A stretch of DNA of 62,363 bases from Planctomycetota bacterium (lineage in GTDB: Bacteria; Planctomycetota; Phycisphaerae; UBA1845), in NCBI GenBank assembly GCA_043806315.1, contig JAZDHF010000044.1, forward strand, positions 1-62,363. The letters run 5' to 3'. Under the pieces are notes generated by a model, which saw only the letters and a list, made by a program, of their open reading frames with translations, ran no database searches and was not told the DNA's origin. Below, piece after piece: positions 10,217 to 19,842 of the stretch; the stretch's first letter is position 1; the number at the start of each line of letters is the position of its first letter. A program made the position numbers and the translations under genes.

Positions 10217-11314
10217 ATGGTTCTACAGATCGACAAGGATCATCAGCGCTTTCGCCGGATTGTCAAGGGCAAAATCCGCGAGGACCTTCGCAAGTTCCTG
10301 ACGCGCAGCGAGCTTCTGGGCCGCGAGGGGAGGAAGTACATCAGCATTCCCATTCGCGGAGTGGACATTCCCCATTTCCGGTATGGGGACAACAACGACT
10401 CCGGCGTGGGGCGGGGAGACGGAAAAGCGGGGGACGCCGTCAGTGGAGACGGAGGCGCCGGGCCCGGCGGCGAACAGGAAGGGCAGCACATCCTCGAAGT
10501 CGAGGTCAGTCTCGACGAACTGGCGGAAATCCTCGGCGAGGAGCTGAAGCTCCCCCGCATCCAGCCCAAGGGTAAGCATCGCCTTACGGCCGAGCGGGAT
10601 CGCTACAGCGGGGTTCGCCAGTCCGGACCCGAGTCGTTGCGGCATTTCAAGAGGACGTTTCGCAGAGCTTTGCGTCGCCAGATTATGTCCGGCCTCTATA
10701 ATCCCGACGCTCCGCGGATCATTTTTGAGCGGCGCGACAAAGTGTATCGCAGTTGGAAGACCATTCTCAACCCGCAGTCCAACGCGGTGATCATTTACAT
10801 GATGGACGTCTCCGGCTCCATGGGTGACGAACAGAAGGAGCTCGTGCGACTGGAGGCGTTCTGGATCGACGCCTGGCTGCGGAGGAATTACCACGGTATT
10901 GAAAGCCGGTACATCGTCCACGACGTCCGGGCGGCCGAGGTGGACCGCGAGACGTTCTTCCGTATTCGCGAGGACGGCGGGACGCGGATCAGCAGTGCCT
11001 TCCGCCTCGCCCGTGAACTCATCGAGCATCGCTACGCCCCGTCGGAGTGGAATGTTTACCTGTTTCACTTTTCCGACGGCGACAACAGCAGTGAATCCGA
11101 CAGTCGGGAGTGCTGCGCGATCATGCGCGAGCATCTGCTGCCGGTGCTGAACTTATTCGGCTATTGCCAGGTCGCCAGCGCGTACGGAAGCGGGAACTTC
11201 ATCAACGTAGTGCATGAACACCTTTCCGGGACTGACGCGGTGTTGACCAGCCGGGTCAATACCAAGGACGATATTTACGACAGCATCAAGACGTTCTTTT
11301 CGGCGGGAAGATAA
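10217..11314 (+). CDS. yeaH: YeaH/YhbH-family protein (DUF444)
   Basis: MVLQIDKDHQRFRRIVKGKIREDLRKF start, a Gly/Asp-rich loop and a vWA-like MDVSGSMGDEQ motif. It sits between prkA and spoVR. Confidence 0.85.
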   Translation: MVLQIDKDHQRFRRIVKGKIREDLRKFLTRSELLGREGRKYISIPIRGVDIPHFRYGDNNDSGVGRGDGKAGDAVSGDGGAGPGGEQEGQHILEVEVSLDELAEILGEELKLPRIQPKGKHRLTAERDRYSGVRQSGPESLRHFKRTFRRALRRQIMSGLYNPDAPRIIFERRDKVYRSWKTILNPQSNAVIIYMMDVSGSMGDEQKELVRLEAFWIDAWLRRNYHGIESRYIVHDVRAAEVDRETFFRIREDGGTRISSAFRLARELIEHRYAPSEWNVYLFHFSDGDNSSESDSRECCAIMREHLLPVLNLFGYCQVASAYGSGNFINVVHEHLSGTDAVLTSRVNTKDDIYDSIKTFFSAGR

Positions 11315-11389
11315 GGAGCCTTGCGTTTGTCCCGGTTCGCGCCCGAGTCCGACAACTTGATCGTAGCACGCGGTGTGTAGCGCCTGCCC

Positions 11390-12943
11390 ATGAACTCGAT
11401 TTTGCCTAGAGAGATTGCGAAGCAGGGTGAAATGATCGCCGACCATGCGCGGCGCGAGGGGTTGGACTTCTATCCCACGGTGTTCGAGCTGTTGACGTCC
11501 GAGCAGATGTCGCAAGTCGCGGCCTATGGCGGGTTTCCCAAGCGTTATCCCCATTGGCGGTTCGGGATGGAATATGAACGCCTGCGGAAGCAGCACAAAT
11601 ACGGGTTGGGACGCATCTATGAGATGGTCATTAACAACAATCCGTGTTATGCGTATCTCCTGAGCGACAACATGCCGGTCGATCACAAGACGGTGATCGC
11701 GCATGTGTATGCGCACTGTGATTTCTTCAAGAACAACATCTGGTTCAGCCGCACCAACCGCAAAATGATCGACGAAATGGCGAACCACGGCACCCGCATC
11801 CGGCGCTACGTCGAGCAGTTTGGGATGGATGAGGTCGAGGAACGGATCGATACGTTCCTGTCCTTGGAGAACCTGATCGACCCGCACTCCGCCTTCATGC
11901 GCCGCGAGGGGAACAACGTTTCGACGGAAGAGCGGAAAAGACGGGCCGACGAGGAGGTCACCCGTTTTCCGGCGAAGAGCTACATGGATCGGTACATCAA
12001 CCCGCCGTCGCGCATGGCCAGCGACCGAGCGGCGAAGCAGGCGGAGGTCGTCCGGGACAAGCAGCGCTTCCCGGAAAAGCCGGTGCGCGACGTTCTGCTT
12101 TTTCTGCTGCAACAGGCCCCGTTGGAGGACTGGGAGGGCGACCTGTTGTCGCTCATCCGGGAGGAGGCTTACTATTTCGCGCCCCAGGGGCAGACCAAGA
12201 TCATGAATGAGGGGTGGGCCAGCTACTGGCACTCCACGCTCATGACCAATTACATTCTCGGCGACCACGAATTGATCGACTACTGTGAGCACCACGCGGG
12301 AACGCTGGCGACCTCCCCAGGCCAATTGAACCCCTACAAGTTGGGGATTGAACTGCTTCGTGATATTGAGCGGCGTTGGAACACCGGCCGATACGGCCCG
12401 AAGTATGATGCCTGCGACGACATGACCGTCCGACGGGAATGGGGGAAAGACAAGGCCCCAAAGGGACGCGTCGTGGGAAAGGGGTCGCCGGGACGGGAGA
12501 AAATCTTCGAGGTGCGGGCGTTGTACAACGACGTGACTTTCCTGGATGAGTTCTTGACGCCCGAATTCGTGGACGATCAGAAGCTCTACCACTATCGCCT
12601 CGACCCGGCGACGGGCAAGATGGTCGTGGTCAACCGCGACTTCGACAAGATCAAACAGCAACTCCTCTTCATGCTGACGAACCACGCTCAGCCGTACATC
12701 TATGTCATGGACGGCAACTACCGCAATCGCGGCGAATTGTACCTGACGCATCGCCATACCGGGGCGGACATCGAGATCAAGCACGCCGTGGAGACGCTCA
12801 AACGGCTGCACAAGGTGTGGAAGCGGCCCGTGCACCTGAACGCCCGCATCGACGACGAGCCGATCCTGTTCAGCTTCGACGGTGAACAATCCACCCAGCA
12901 GCACATCGACGAGGGCATGGAACCGCCGGCCCATCAGTTTTGA
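11390..12943 (+). CDS. spoVR: SpoVR-family protein (YcgB-like)
   Basis: Characteristic segments YPHWRFGMEYE, NEGWASYWH and a 517-aa length. It is the third gene of the prkA-yeaH-spoVR triad. Confidence 0.85.
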   Translation: MNSILPREIAKQGEMIADHARREGLDFYPTVFELLTSEQMSQVAAYGGFPKRYPHWRFGMEYERLRKQHKYGLGRIYEMVINNNPCYAYLLSDNMPVDHKTVIAHVYAHCDFFKNNIWFSRTNRKMIDEMANHGTRIRRYVEQFGMDEVEERIDTFLSLENLIDPHSAFMRREGNNVSTEERKRRADEEVTRFPAKSYMDRYINPPSRMASDRAAKQAEVVRDKQRFPEKPVRDVLLFLLQQAPLEDWEGDLLSLIREEAYYFAPQGQTKIMNEGWASYWHSTLMTNYILGDHELIDYCEHHAGTLATSPGQLNPYKLGIELLRDIERRWNTGRYGPKYDACDDMTVRREWGKDKAPKGRVVGKGSPGREKIFEVRALYNDVTFLDEFLTPEFVDDQKLYHYRLDPATGKMVVVNRDFDKIKQQLLFMLTNHAQPYIYVMDGNYRNRGELYLTHRHTGADIEIKHAVETLKRLHKVWKRPVHLNARIDDEPILFSFDGEQSTQQHIDEGMEPPAHQF

Positions 12944-13021
12944 CTTCGCACGTCCGCTGCGCTTCCAGCGAGTAGAGCTGCGGGCCGACTGTGGCGCTCG
13001 CTCGGAAGGGGGACGCCGGCG

Positions 13022-16000
13022 TCAACCCTCGGGGAGGCCATTGACGCCGTAGAGGGCGAAGACGGCCTCGTCGATGCGGCGCTCGTCGGCTTCGACCTCG
13101 CGTTCGAGTTGTTCGCGCTCGCGGTCGGAGAGCATGATGTCACGGAGCTTCACTTTCGCGTCCATAATCTCGCGAACGGATGCGACGATTCGAGAGGCGA
13201 GCTTCTTTTCGTCCTTCGTTCTAGGGAGCTTGATAGGGATGTCACGAATGAACCGGATTTCGCAGTTGAGATATCCACCGCGGAATGGTGTGCTAAATGT
13301 TCGGATGAAGTGGGCGGCGAGCTTACTGTTCAGGATGCCGAGAAGCAGGAAGGGATTAACGCCGCGATAGGGGACAATTGCAACGCCACCTGCAGCACCT
13401 CCCGAGAACACACAGTTGCCGGTGGCGTCCCAGCACATTTGGGGACGTTCACAAATATCCGGGTTCATGATCTTTGCCTGAGATAAGGGCTCGAAATTCT
13501 GCGCCCTCGAGTACTGGTAAAACGTTTCGCCGTCCCACCGTCCTTTCTCGCGTTTAGCCAGCGCCGACCTCAAGGGCACCAAGTACCCTTTCCAGAGCTT
13601 TGGAAAGCGGGACTGCATCTCCGCCGGAGTCAGTAGTCGCCACTTTGCGGAATCCCGCACGTACGGAAAGATCAAGCGCAGTTGGCTTGAACGAACCTCG
13701 AACGCCTTCATATGTTCGCTCTTGACAAGCATCCGAAGTGCGGAGGTTTCGACCTCATGCGTATGCCCTGTCTCCTGAGACTTGACGATGGAAACTCGAT
13801 CCTTTGCCCTAACGAACTCAACCACAAAAACCTTGTCGGCTCCCGTCTTGAAACCCTGTGCGAGGTCGGCGACTTGGTGAAGGGCACTTGTGTTTTCTGC
13901 AATCATTGATGGGAACGGGAGACCGAAGCGGAACGGTCCCGGTCCCGGAGTCGGGTGGATCAGTGCATGTCGCGTGACTCCAGCTCCCTGCCGAGTGCGG
14001 CTTGCATCTAGCAATCGGCATTGCGCAACGCCGTCGTTCAACTCCGAAAATCGCCCGTAGTCGACAGTCGATGTGCTCCTCGTCTTGGAAAGTACGTGGA
14101 TAGCTGTATATGTCGTAACTCCCTGGAAAACCTGCTGATCGCCGAAGTCCACGACGGACTTAAGATGCTTCCCGTCGGCGATGATCTTCCGAAGCCCCTG
14201 GCCGTATTTGGCCTGCCAGAACTTGTGGGGCATGATGAAGCCGAGGAGGCCGTCGGGGGCGAGGAGACTGAGGGCCTTTTCGGTGAAGACGACGTAAATG
14301 TCGTAGTTGCCCTTGGCCGCGCTCTTGTATCGCCATTTGTAGAACTTGCATTCCTCGGGGGCCCACTTGTTCAACTCCTGCACGCGGATGTAAGGGGGGT
14401 TACCGATGATGCAATCGAAGCCGGCGCGCCCGCGCTGCCCTACGGCCTGCGGGTCGAGAATTCGCCCGAAGCCGCGCGTGCGGCTGGTCCAGTCGAAGCG
14501 GTTGATGCGGAAGCGCACGTCCTCGTCGTCGAGGGGGAACAGGGTGCCGTTTTCCTCCTCGCACCAGCGGGCGAAGTCGATGGAGTCGATAAGCGAGTTG
14601 CCGCAGCGGACGTTGTTGTCGAGCGGCGGAAGGAGCTCGTTTTCGAGCCATTCACGCTGCCAGAGAGGCGGGAGCTCGCCTTCGAGCATTTTCAGGTAAA
14701 GGGACATGACCGTGACCTCGACGGCCTGCTGGTCGATATCCACGCCGTGCAGGCAGTTGGTGAGTAGGACGGCCTTGAAGTCGGGGGCGATGTGCCAGTG
14801 CCCCTTGCGATCCTTGAAGGCGATCTCCTTCCGTTTTTTCCGCGCCTTGGGTGACGCGGGAATCGAGGCGAGCGACGGGTCTTCGCTCACGGCGCGCGCG
14901 CAGTGGTCAATGAGGTACTGGAAAGCCGTAACGAGAAACGAGCCGGACCCGCAGGCGGGGTCGAGGATCTTCACGTCCAGTAATTCGGTGGGCGTCTTGC
15001 CCGCGATCTTGGGTCCGACGACGCGGCGGATGATGGTATCGACCACAAAACGCGGCGTGTAATAAACGCCGCCCGCGTGGCGGACTTCCGGCTTTTCCTC
15101 CACCTCGGCCTGGTGCTTCTTGACGGTGACGACGTTGCCGAGAAATCGCTCATAGACGATGCCGAGGATGTCGTCGGCGATCGCGGAGAAGTCCCACGGC
15201 CCGTCCGGGGGGTACAACTCGCGAATGAAGTCGGAAAGCACGCCGCCGTCAACCGTCAACTCCTCGGAGAAGTGCGGTTTGAAGAGGTAGCCGTTGTAGG
15301 CGCGGTCGAGGTCGCGAAACTCGGCACACAGAGCGGCGTGAAGGTCACCGCCTTCGGTCCCGATTCGCTCGAGCGTCTTCCGCAACCCGCCCCACTCGGC
15401 GATCCCCCGATCTTCGCAGACGCGCATGAACACGAGTCGATCCATCAATCGCTGCACGGCCTCGGTTAGCTTCGCGGCACCGTGGAGGGTATCGGCCTCC
15501 GGGAAGAGCTTGCGGTTGTCCCGGTAAATCTGACGGGCGAAGTGTCTGCGGCGCAGGTCGAGACAGGAAAGGAACTCGCGATCGACCGGCTCGTCCCCTT
15601 TTAGGTCGATCAACATGCGATCGACGGTGCGCAGTCGGCGGGTGGGAGACACCTTTCGGATTTGGGCGCGAAGGCGTTCGAGCGAGCCGCCGGCGACGGC
15701 GTCGCGCCCGAAGGTGGCGAGGAGCACGTCCCATTGGGTGGCGTACTTTTGGTGGTCGAGTACGAAGTCCGGTACCTGTCCACGACCGGGCTCGTTAAGA
15801 ACAGGCTTCAGCGTCGTGTCGAACAGACGAAACTGGTCGAAATTCGTCAGGACCGCGAACGGGATCACCGCACTCCACGCGTAGCGCTTGGCCTGGAAAA
15901 TCGCCTTTCGGTCGGTGTCAATATCGACGAACGGTTTTTTCGCTTCGACGGTGAAACGGGCGAAGCCGTTCACGCGGAAGAGGTAGTCGGGGTTGCGTGT

Positions 16001-16228
16001 GTGAAACCCACTTTCGTCGACCGTGTCCATCGACGGCTCGATGACGACTTCCACGTCCTGCGGGGGACGCTGCGCTTGGTTCTCCACGTCCCAACCGAGT
16101 AATCGCCAGAAGGGGTCAATATAGTCGAGTCGGACTCGGGACTCGTTGTATTGTGGGGTCTTGAGCTGCTTGAGGTTCCGGGCGAAGCCCCGGACCAGGT
16201 CGTTGATGTCGGATTGTTTCTCGGGCAT
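13022..16228 (-). CDS. Type IIG restriction enzyme / N6-adenine DNA methyltransferase (Eco57I-like single-chain R-M)
   Basis: An N-terminal PD-ExK-like nuclease (NPDYLFRVNG...FTVEAKKP) is preceded by RLDYIDPFWRLLGWDV. SAM motif I is LDPACGSGSFL and motif IV is IIGNPPYIRVQ. The C-terminal end is a target-recognition-like region. The probable start is MPEKQSD at 16228. Confidence 0.8.
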   Translation of the reverse strand: MPEKQSDINDLVRGFARNLKQLKTPQYNESRVRLDYIDPFWRLLGWDVENQAQRPPQDVEVVIEPSMDTVDESGFHTRNPDYLFRVNGFARFTVEAKKPFVDIDTDRKAIFQAKRYAWSAVIPFAVLTNFDQFRLFDTTLKPVLNEPGRGQVPDFVLDHQKYATQWDVLLATFGRDAVAGGSLERLRAQIRKVSPTRRLRTVDRMLIDLKGDEPVDREFLSCLDLRRRHFARQIYRDNRKLFPEADTLHGAAKLTEAVQRLMDRLVFMRVCEDRGIAEWGGLRKTLERIGTEGGDLHAALCAEFRDLDRAYNGYLFKPHFSEELTVDGGVLSDFIRELYPPDGPWDFSAIADDILGIVYERFLGNVVTVKKHQAEVEEKPEVRHAGGVYYTPRFVVDTIIRRVVGPKIAGKTPTELLDVKILDPACGSGSFLVTAFQYLIDHCARAVSEDPSLASIPASPKARKKRKEIAFKDRKGHWHIAPDFKAVLLTNCLHGVDIDQQAVEVTVMSLYLKMLEGELPPLWQREWLENELLPPLDNNVRCGNSLIDSIDFARWCEEENGTLFPLDDEDVRFRINRFDWTSRTRGFGRILDPQAVGQRGRAGFDCIIGNPPYIRVQELNKWAPEECKFYKWRYKSAAKGNYDIYVVFTEKALSLLAPDGLLGFIMPHKFWQAKYGQGLRKIIADGKHLKSVVDFGDQQVFQGVTTYTAIHVLSKTRSTSTVDYGRFSELNDGVAQCRLLDASRTRQGAGVTRHALIHPTPGPGPFRFGLPFPSMIAENTSALHQVADLAQGFKTGADKVFVVEFVRAKDRVSIVKSQETGHTHEVETSALRMLVKSEHMKAFEVRSSQLRLIFPYVRDSAKWRLLTPAEMQSRFPKLWKGYLVPLRSALAKREKGRWDGETFYQYSRAQNFEPLSQAKIMNPDICERPQMCWDATGNCVFSGGAAGGVAIVPYRGVNPFLLLGILNSKLAAHFIRTFSTPFRGGYLNCEIRFIRDIPIKLPRTKDEKKLASRIVASVREIMDAKVKLRDIMLSDREREQLEREVEADERRIDEAVFALYGVNGLPEG

Positions 16229-16531
16229 ACCTGCTGCGTAGGGTAGCGGCGGACGTGCAAACACACACCCCCCCCCTGCGACCGCGCGGCCGTTGCCGCC
16301 GTTGGCCGTCCATTCGGCGATCACGCGGGCGTAGCGCTGCTTCGCTTCCGGCGTGTCGGCACGGCCAAGGTAGACCCGACGGCCATTCAGGTTGACATAG
16401 CCTTGGCCGGTAGCTTTGTGGACTCGAAACGGTGGGACGACGTTGGGTTTAGCTATCTTCACGGCACAGCCTCCAAAGTAGGCGGGTAGGACTACCCGCG
16501 TTTCACCTTGGTAATGGCCGCGCCGCGTCAC
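16229..16531 (-). pseudogene. Tyrosine-integrase N-terminal remnant, in frame upstream of the R-M gene
   Basis: KPNVVPPFRVHKATGQGYVNLNGRRVYLGRADTPEAKQRYARVIAEWTANGG resembles, from memory, the N-terminal arm-type segment of integrases common in Planctomycetota. No catalytic domain follows. It starts 47 nt downstream of the tRNA-Arg 3' end, in the same orientation. Confidence 0.45.
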
Positions 16532-16577
16532 CGCGGGTATTGCAGAAACTCCTGCAATTCAGCCTGTTTTACGTCAC

Positions 16578-16651
<74 letters not shown>

Positions 16652-16725
16652 GATACCAGCGGCCTTCTCCGCATGGGGTAGATTGTAGCCTGGAACCGCC
16701 CGGAGACAACCCGGACCGGGAACCG

Positions 16726-17118
16726 CTACACGGGCAGATGAAGCATGAAGAAGGCGATGAGCAACACGACATCCAGCGTGAGCACGCCGCCGCCGAGGAA
16801 AAAGGCGATCCACGAGCGGGTGGACTGATCGTTGCGGCGCTGGCCCGCACTGTTCCAACCCATGAAGAACCCCACCGCAGCCGGCGTCATGGATAGCAGG
16901 ACGCAACCGAAGAACGCCGCCACGAACTGCCCCTGCATTCCGTAGACAATCCGGCCCAGAACGGCATCGAACCGCGCCCAGCCGAGCCACAGGGCCGCCA
17001 GGCACGGCGCGATCGAAACGATCACCAGCCCCAAGGCGTACTTGGCTTGCACATCGTACCGACGCAGGCTCCCCAGAACCAAGTCTGTCTCCTTACGAAC
17101 CCCGTACACCCGTCGCAA
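16726..17118 (-). CDS. Small integral membrane protein (hypothetical)
   Basis: 130-aa ORF with 3-4 hydrophobic spans (LGLVIVSIAPCLAALWLGW, FVAAFFGCVLLSM, WIAFFLGGGVLTLDVVLLIAFF). It is divergent from the next gene. No family recognised. Confidence 0.5.
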   Translation of the reverse strand: MRRVYGVRKETDLVLGSLRRYDVQAKYALGLVIVSIAPCLAALWLGWARFDAVLGRIVYGMQGQFVAAFFGCVLLSMTPAAVGFFMGWNSAGQRRNDQSTRSWIAFFLGGGVLTLDVVLLIAFFMLHLPV

Positions 17119-17240
17119 CTCGTGGATTCCGGCGCCCCCAACCCACCACGTGTTATATTCGAGATTGGGTCAATCGACAATCGGCCGTCGGCCATCGACA
17201 ATGAGCCTCCGACGCAACGGGGCGTGTCGAGCGATGAGCC

Positions 17241-18761
17241 GTGACTGAACCGCCGTCCAAGCCGGTCGAGATCGACCTGCATTGTCCGGAGTGCGACTAC
17301 AACCTGACCGGCGCGCCGGGCGATCGGTGTCCGTGGTGCGGGTGGGAGGTCGACGTCGACGCCTTGGTGACGATGAAGGCGGAGGCCGGTCATGCCCGGC
17401 GGCTCGGCCTCGCGGTGACGGCGTTGCTCGTGGGCGTCGGATCACTCGTCGCCCTGGCGAGTCTCATGCGTTATCTCCGGGGGCTTTCCCTTTGGGATGC
17501 TCTCGCGGTGTTGGCCGTGCTGACCGCCGCGGGCGGGCACCTGGCCCTGGGCGTGCAGGCGTTGCTTAACGCGGGTCACTGGCCGATGCGACCTCGTTCG
17601 CTCGCGGAGATCCTGCGGTTCGCGGGTTATCTTTCGATCGTCCTTGCCATGCTGGGGGCGAGGAACGTATTCGACGCGGTCCCGACCCCGCGCGTCGTCC
17701 GCGGAGTGCAAATCAACGGCGTTCTGGAGTATTCCGTCCTGGCGATGTTGTTGGCGATGCCGGGAGGTGCGCTGCTTGTATTGCGCTTGGTCGCGTTTCG
17801 CCCACCCGGGAGTTCACTCGCGGGCGCAGGCGCGGGACGGCGCGGAGCGAGTGCGACCGGCGATTCCTGCTCCGCGCCTTTCGCCGTGGAGTTTGCGCAA
17901 CGCTATTCGAAGGACCATCTCACGCAGAACTGGAACCCGGCGCCTCGACTGACGACGCCGGTCATTGAGGAATGCATCGGGCGGGTTTGGGAGACGGAGT
18001 TAGCCCTGGCGCGCGAAGGCGAGCGGATGCTATACAACGGCGATCTGATTCGTCTGGTGCGGTCGCGGGCGACGCCGACGGAATTGCATCTGGAATTAGG
18101 CCCGACGTGCTACCGCGATTTCCTGGGAACGAATCTGTACAACACCGCGACGGTGCTGCGCATCGGCGAAGATCATCTTTCCAACCCGGTCGGAATCAGC
18201 TCCACGGTGATGACCCGCGATGGGTTCCTGGTCTTCGGGCGGCGTGGTTCGCGAGTCGCGTTTCATGCCGGGCATCTGCACGCCTTCGGCGGATTGCTCG
18301 AACCGTCCGATCGAGACGCAGACCGGCGATTGGACGTGTTTGCGGCCGCGGTCCGGGAACTCTGCGAGGAGCTTCGCGTCAGCGGGGACGAGATCGCCGA
18401 GGTCGTCGTCGCGGGACTCGTACGTGATCGAATGATCCTCCAACCCGAGCTGCTCTTTGAGGCGACGCTCACGTTGACTCGCGCGGCGCTCACGGCCCGG
18501 TTCGATCCGGCCTCGCCCGATCAGGAACACACCGGTTGGGAGACGGTCCACGATGAACCGGAGGCGATCGTACCGTTCTTGCGGCGCTCGGCCCCGGTCG
18601 CCCCCGTGGCGGCGGCGGCGATGCTCCTGCACGGTCGTCATTGCTGGGGCCGGGACTGGTACGAGCAATCCTGCTACGTGCTTTTCGGCGAACTTCCGCC
18701 CGACTACGTCGCCCACCGCACTTCACATGGGACCGTGCCTATTCTGATCCAACGTGTTTGA
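17241..18761 (+). CDS. Zinc-ribbon / multi-TM / Nudix-like domain protein
   Basis: The N-terminus CPECDYNLTGAPGDRCPWCGW is followed by about four hydrophobic helices. The C-terminal half has a Nudix-like signature (GGLLEPSD...AAVRELCEELRV). Confidence 0.65.
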   Translation: MTEPPSKPVEIDLHCPECDYNLTGAPGDRCPWCGWEVDVDALVTMKAEAGHARRLGLAVTALLVGVGSLVALASLMRYLRGLSLWDALAVLAVLTAAGGHLALGVQALLNAGHWPMRPRSLAEILRFAGYLSIVLAMLGARNVFDAVPTPRVVRGVQINGVLEYSVLAMLLAMPGGALLVLRLVAFRPPGSSLAGAGAGRRGASATGDSCSAPFAVEFAQRYSKDHLTQNWNPAPRLTTPVIEECIGRVWETELALAREGERMLYNGDLIRLVRSRATPTELHLELGPTCYRDFLGTNLYNTATVLRIGEDHLSNPVGISSTVMTRDGFLVFGRRGSRVAFHAGHLHAFGGLLEPSDRDADRRLDVFAAAVRELCEELRVSGDEIAEVVVAGLVRDRMILQPELLFEATLTLTRAALTARFDPASPDQEHTGWETVHDEPEAIVPFLRRSAPVAPVAAAAMLLHGRHCWGRDWYEQSCYVLFGELPPDYVAHRTSHGTVPILIQRV

Positions 18762-18806
18762 TGCGATATACGAGCTGCCGCATTCATGCGACGCGAGTCA
18801 ACAGAG

Positions 18807-18860
18807 CACCGGGCGCAAGCCCGGTGACTGGACCGCGGGCTTGCGCCTGCGGCTCTGATC
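18807..18860. repeat. Pair of REP-like GC hairpins (CACCGGGCGCAAGCCCGGTG and CCGCGGGCTTGCGCCTGCGG-CTCTGATC)
   Basis: Two oppositely oriented copies of a GGGC-TTGC/GCAA-GCCC hairpin lie between convergent genes. A near-identical copy is at 21941-21968. Confidence 0.65.
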
Positions 18861-18907
18861 AGTACGTAGCGCCGTCGTATCAAGGTCGCGGCTCGGGCGA
18901 CACAGAC

Positions 18908-19696
18908 TCAGATCTGCGACAAAACTTTGCTCGTGTGGTACGCCCACCCGACGCGGAGTACGACAGCGGCGTAGACTTCCGCGGCCCCGCCGCGGCGTAA
19001 TACCTTGGCGCACTCTTCCAACGTCGCGCCGGTCGTCTTTACGTCGTCGACCAGAAGCACGCGGGCGTCGCGAAGCGTCACCCCCTTTCGAAGCGCGAAC
19101 GCACCGCGGACGTTGGCCGTTCGCTCGGCGGGAGATAGGCCGATCTGATGCGGGCCGGCGCGGACGCGGCGCAGAACGGACACGTTGGGTCGACCGATTC
19201 TTCCGGCGACATGAGCAGCCAGGGCATCGGCGGCGTGGAACGGGCGATTGAACCGCCGCTTCCAGTGCGTGGGGACGGAGACGACGGCCTCGATGCGGTC
19301 TCGCCACGGAGCGTTGTGGATCGCCTCGGCCAACCAGCCGCCCAGCAGCGTTTGAAGCTCCTCGCGGCCTTCATACTTGTACGCCCGGAGAAGTTGGCTC
19401 AGCAGCGTGCGGTAGATGCCGACGCGGACCGTCGCCGCGATGCGCAGAGACCTGCCGCGACACTGCCCGCATCGCTCGAGCGAGACTTCGTACGGAGCCA
19501 CCCCGGCGGCGCAGGTCGGACAAGTTGCCCCTCCCCGCTCGCGCTCGATGACCTCCGTACACTCGGCGCATAGCGAGCTGGACCCCAAGTTCCGCCAAGT
19601 CCGGCACGCCAGGCATCGCGCCGGATAGACCAGCTCGACCAACGAGCGCGACAGACGCGTGACTTGACTCACGGCGCCTTTACTCATCATCCACAT
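18908..19696 (-). CDS. comF: ComF-family phosphoribosyltransferase-domain protein
   Basis: An N-terminal double CxxC region (CLAC...CAEC, CPTC...CGQC) and the PRTase motif VLLVDDVKTTGATL. Confidence 0.8.
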   Translation of the reverse strand: MWMMSKGAVSQVTRLSRSLVELVYPARCLACRTWRNLGSSSLCAECTEVIERERGGATCPTCAAGVAPYEVSLERCGQCRGRSLRIAATVRVGIYRTLLSQLLRAYKYEGREELQTLLGGWLAEAIHNAPWRDRIEAVVSVPTHWKRRFNRPFHAADALAAHVAGRIGRPNVSVLRRVRAGPHQIGLSPAERTANVRGAFALRKGVTLRDARVLLVDDVKTTGATLEECAKVLRRGGAAEVYAAVVLRVGWAYHTSKVLSQI

Positions 19697-19842
19697 GGTG
19701 GAATCCTACCCGATGTCCGCGGACTTGTGTCCGGCGAGAAAGCGGGGGAAGGAGCGATTTTTTGAGTGGCTGCGTCGACGCCGATCGTCTAGGCTCAGGT
19801 GAGGATGTTCGACTACCGAGGCGTTCCTAAGAGAGAGTTGCA

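Noticed and set aside
11153-12934. 593-aa minus-strand ORF
   Set aside because: It lies entirely antisense to spoVR, which carries clear family motifs, and has no motif of its own.
8072-12943. prkA-yeaH-spoVR as a candidate novel system
   Set aside because: This three-gene block is a widely conserved and already described stress- and sporulation-associated operon. Nothing in this copy looks atypical.
12944-13021. A direct repeat of the tRNA-Arg 3' end marking the far boundary of the R-M islet
   Set aside because: I compared the tRNA 3' half (TGCGCCGCGCTGGATTCGAACC) with this convergent intergenic region by eye. Only scattered short matches appeared, with no convincing att-like repeat.
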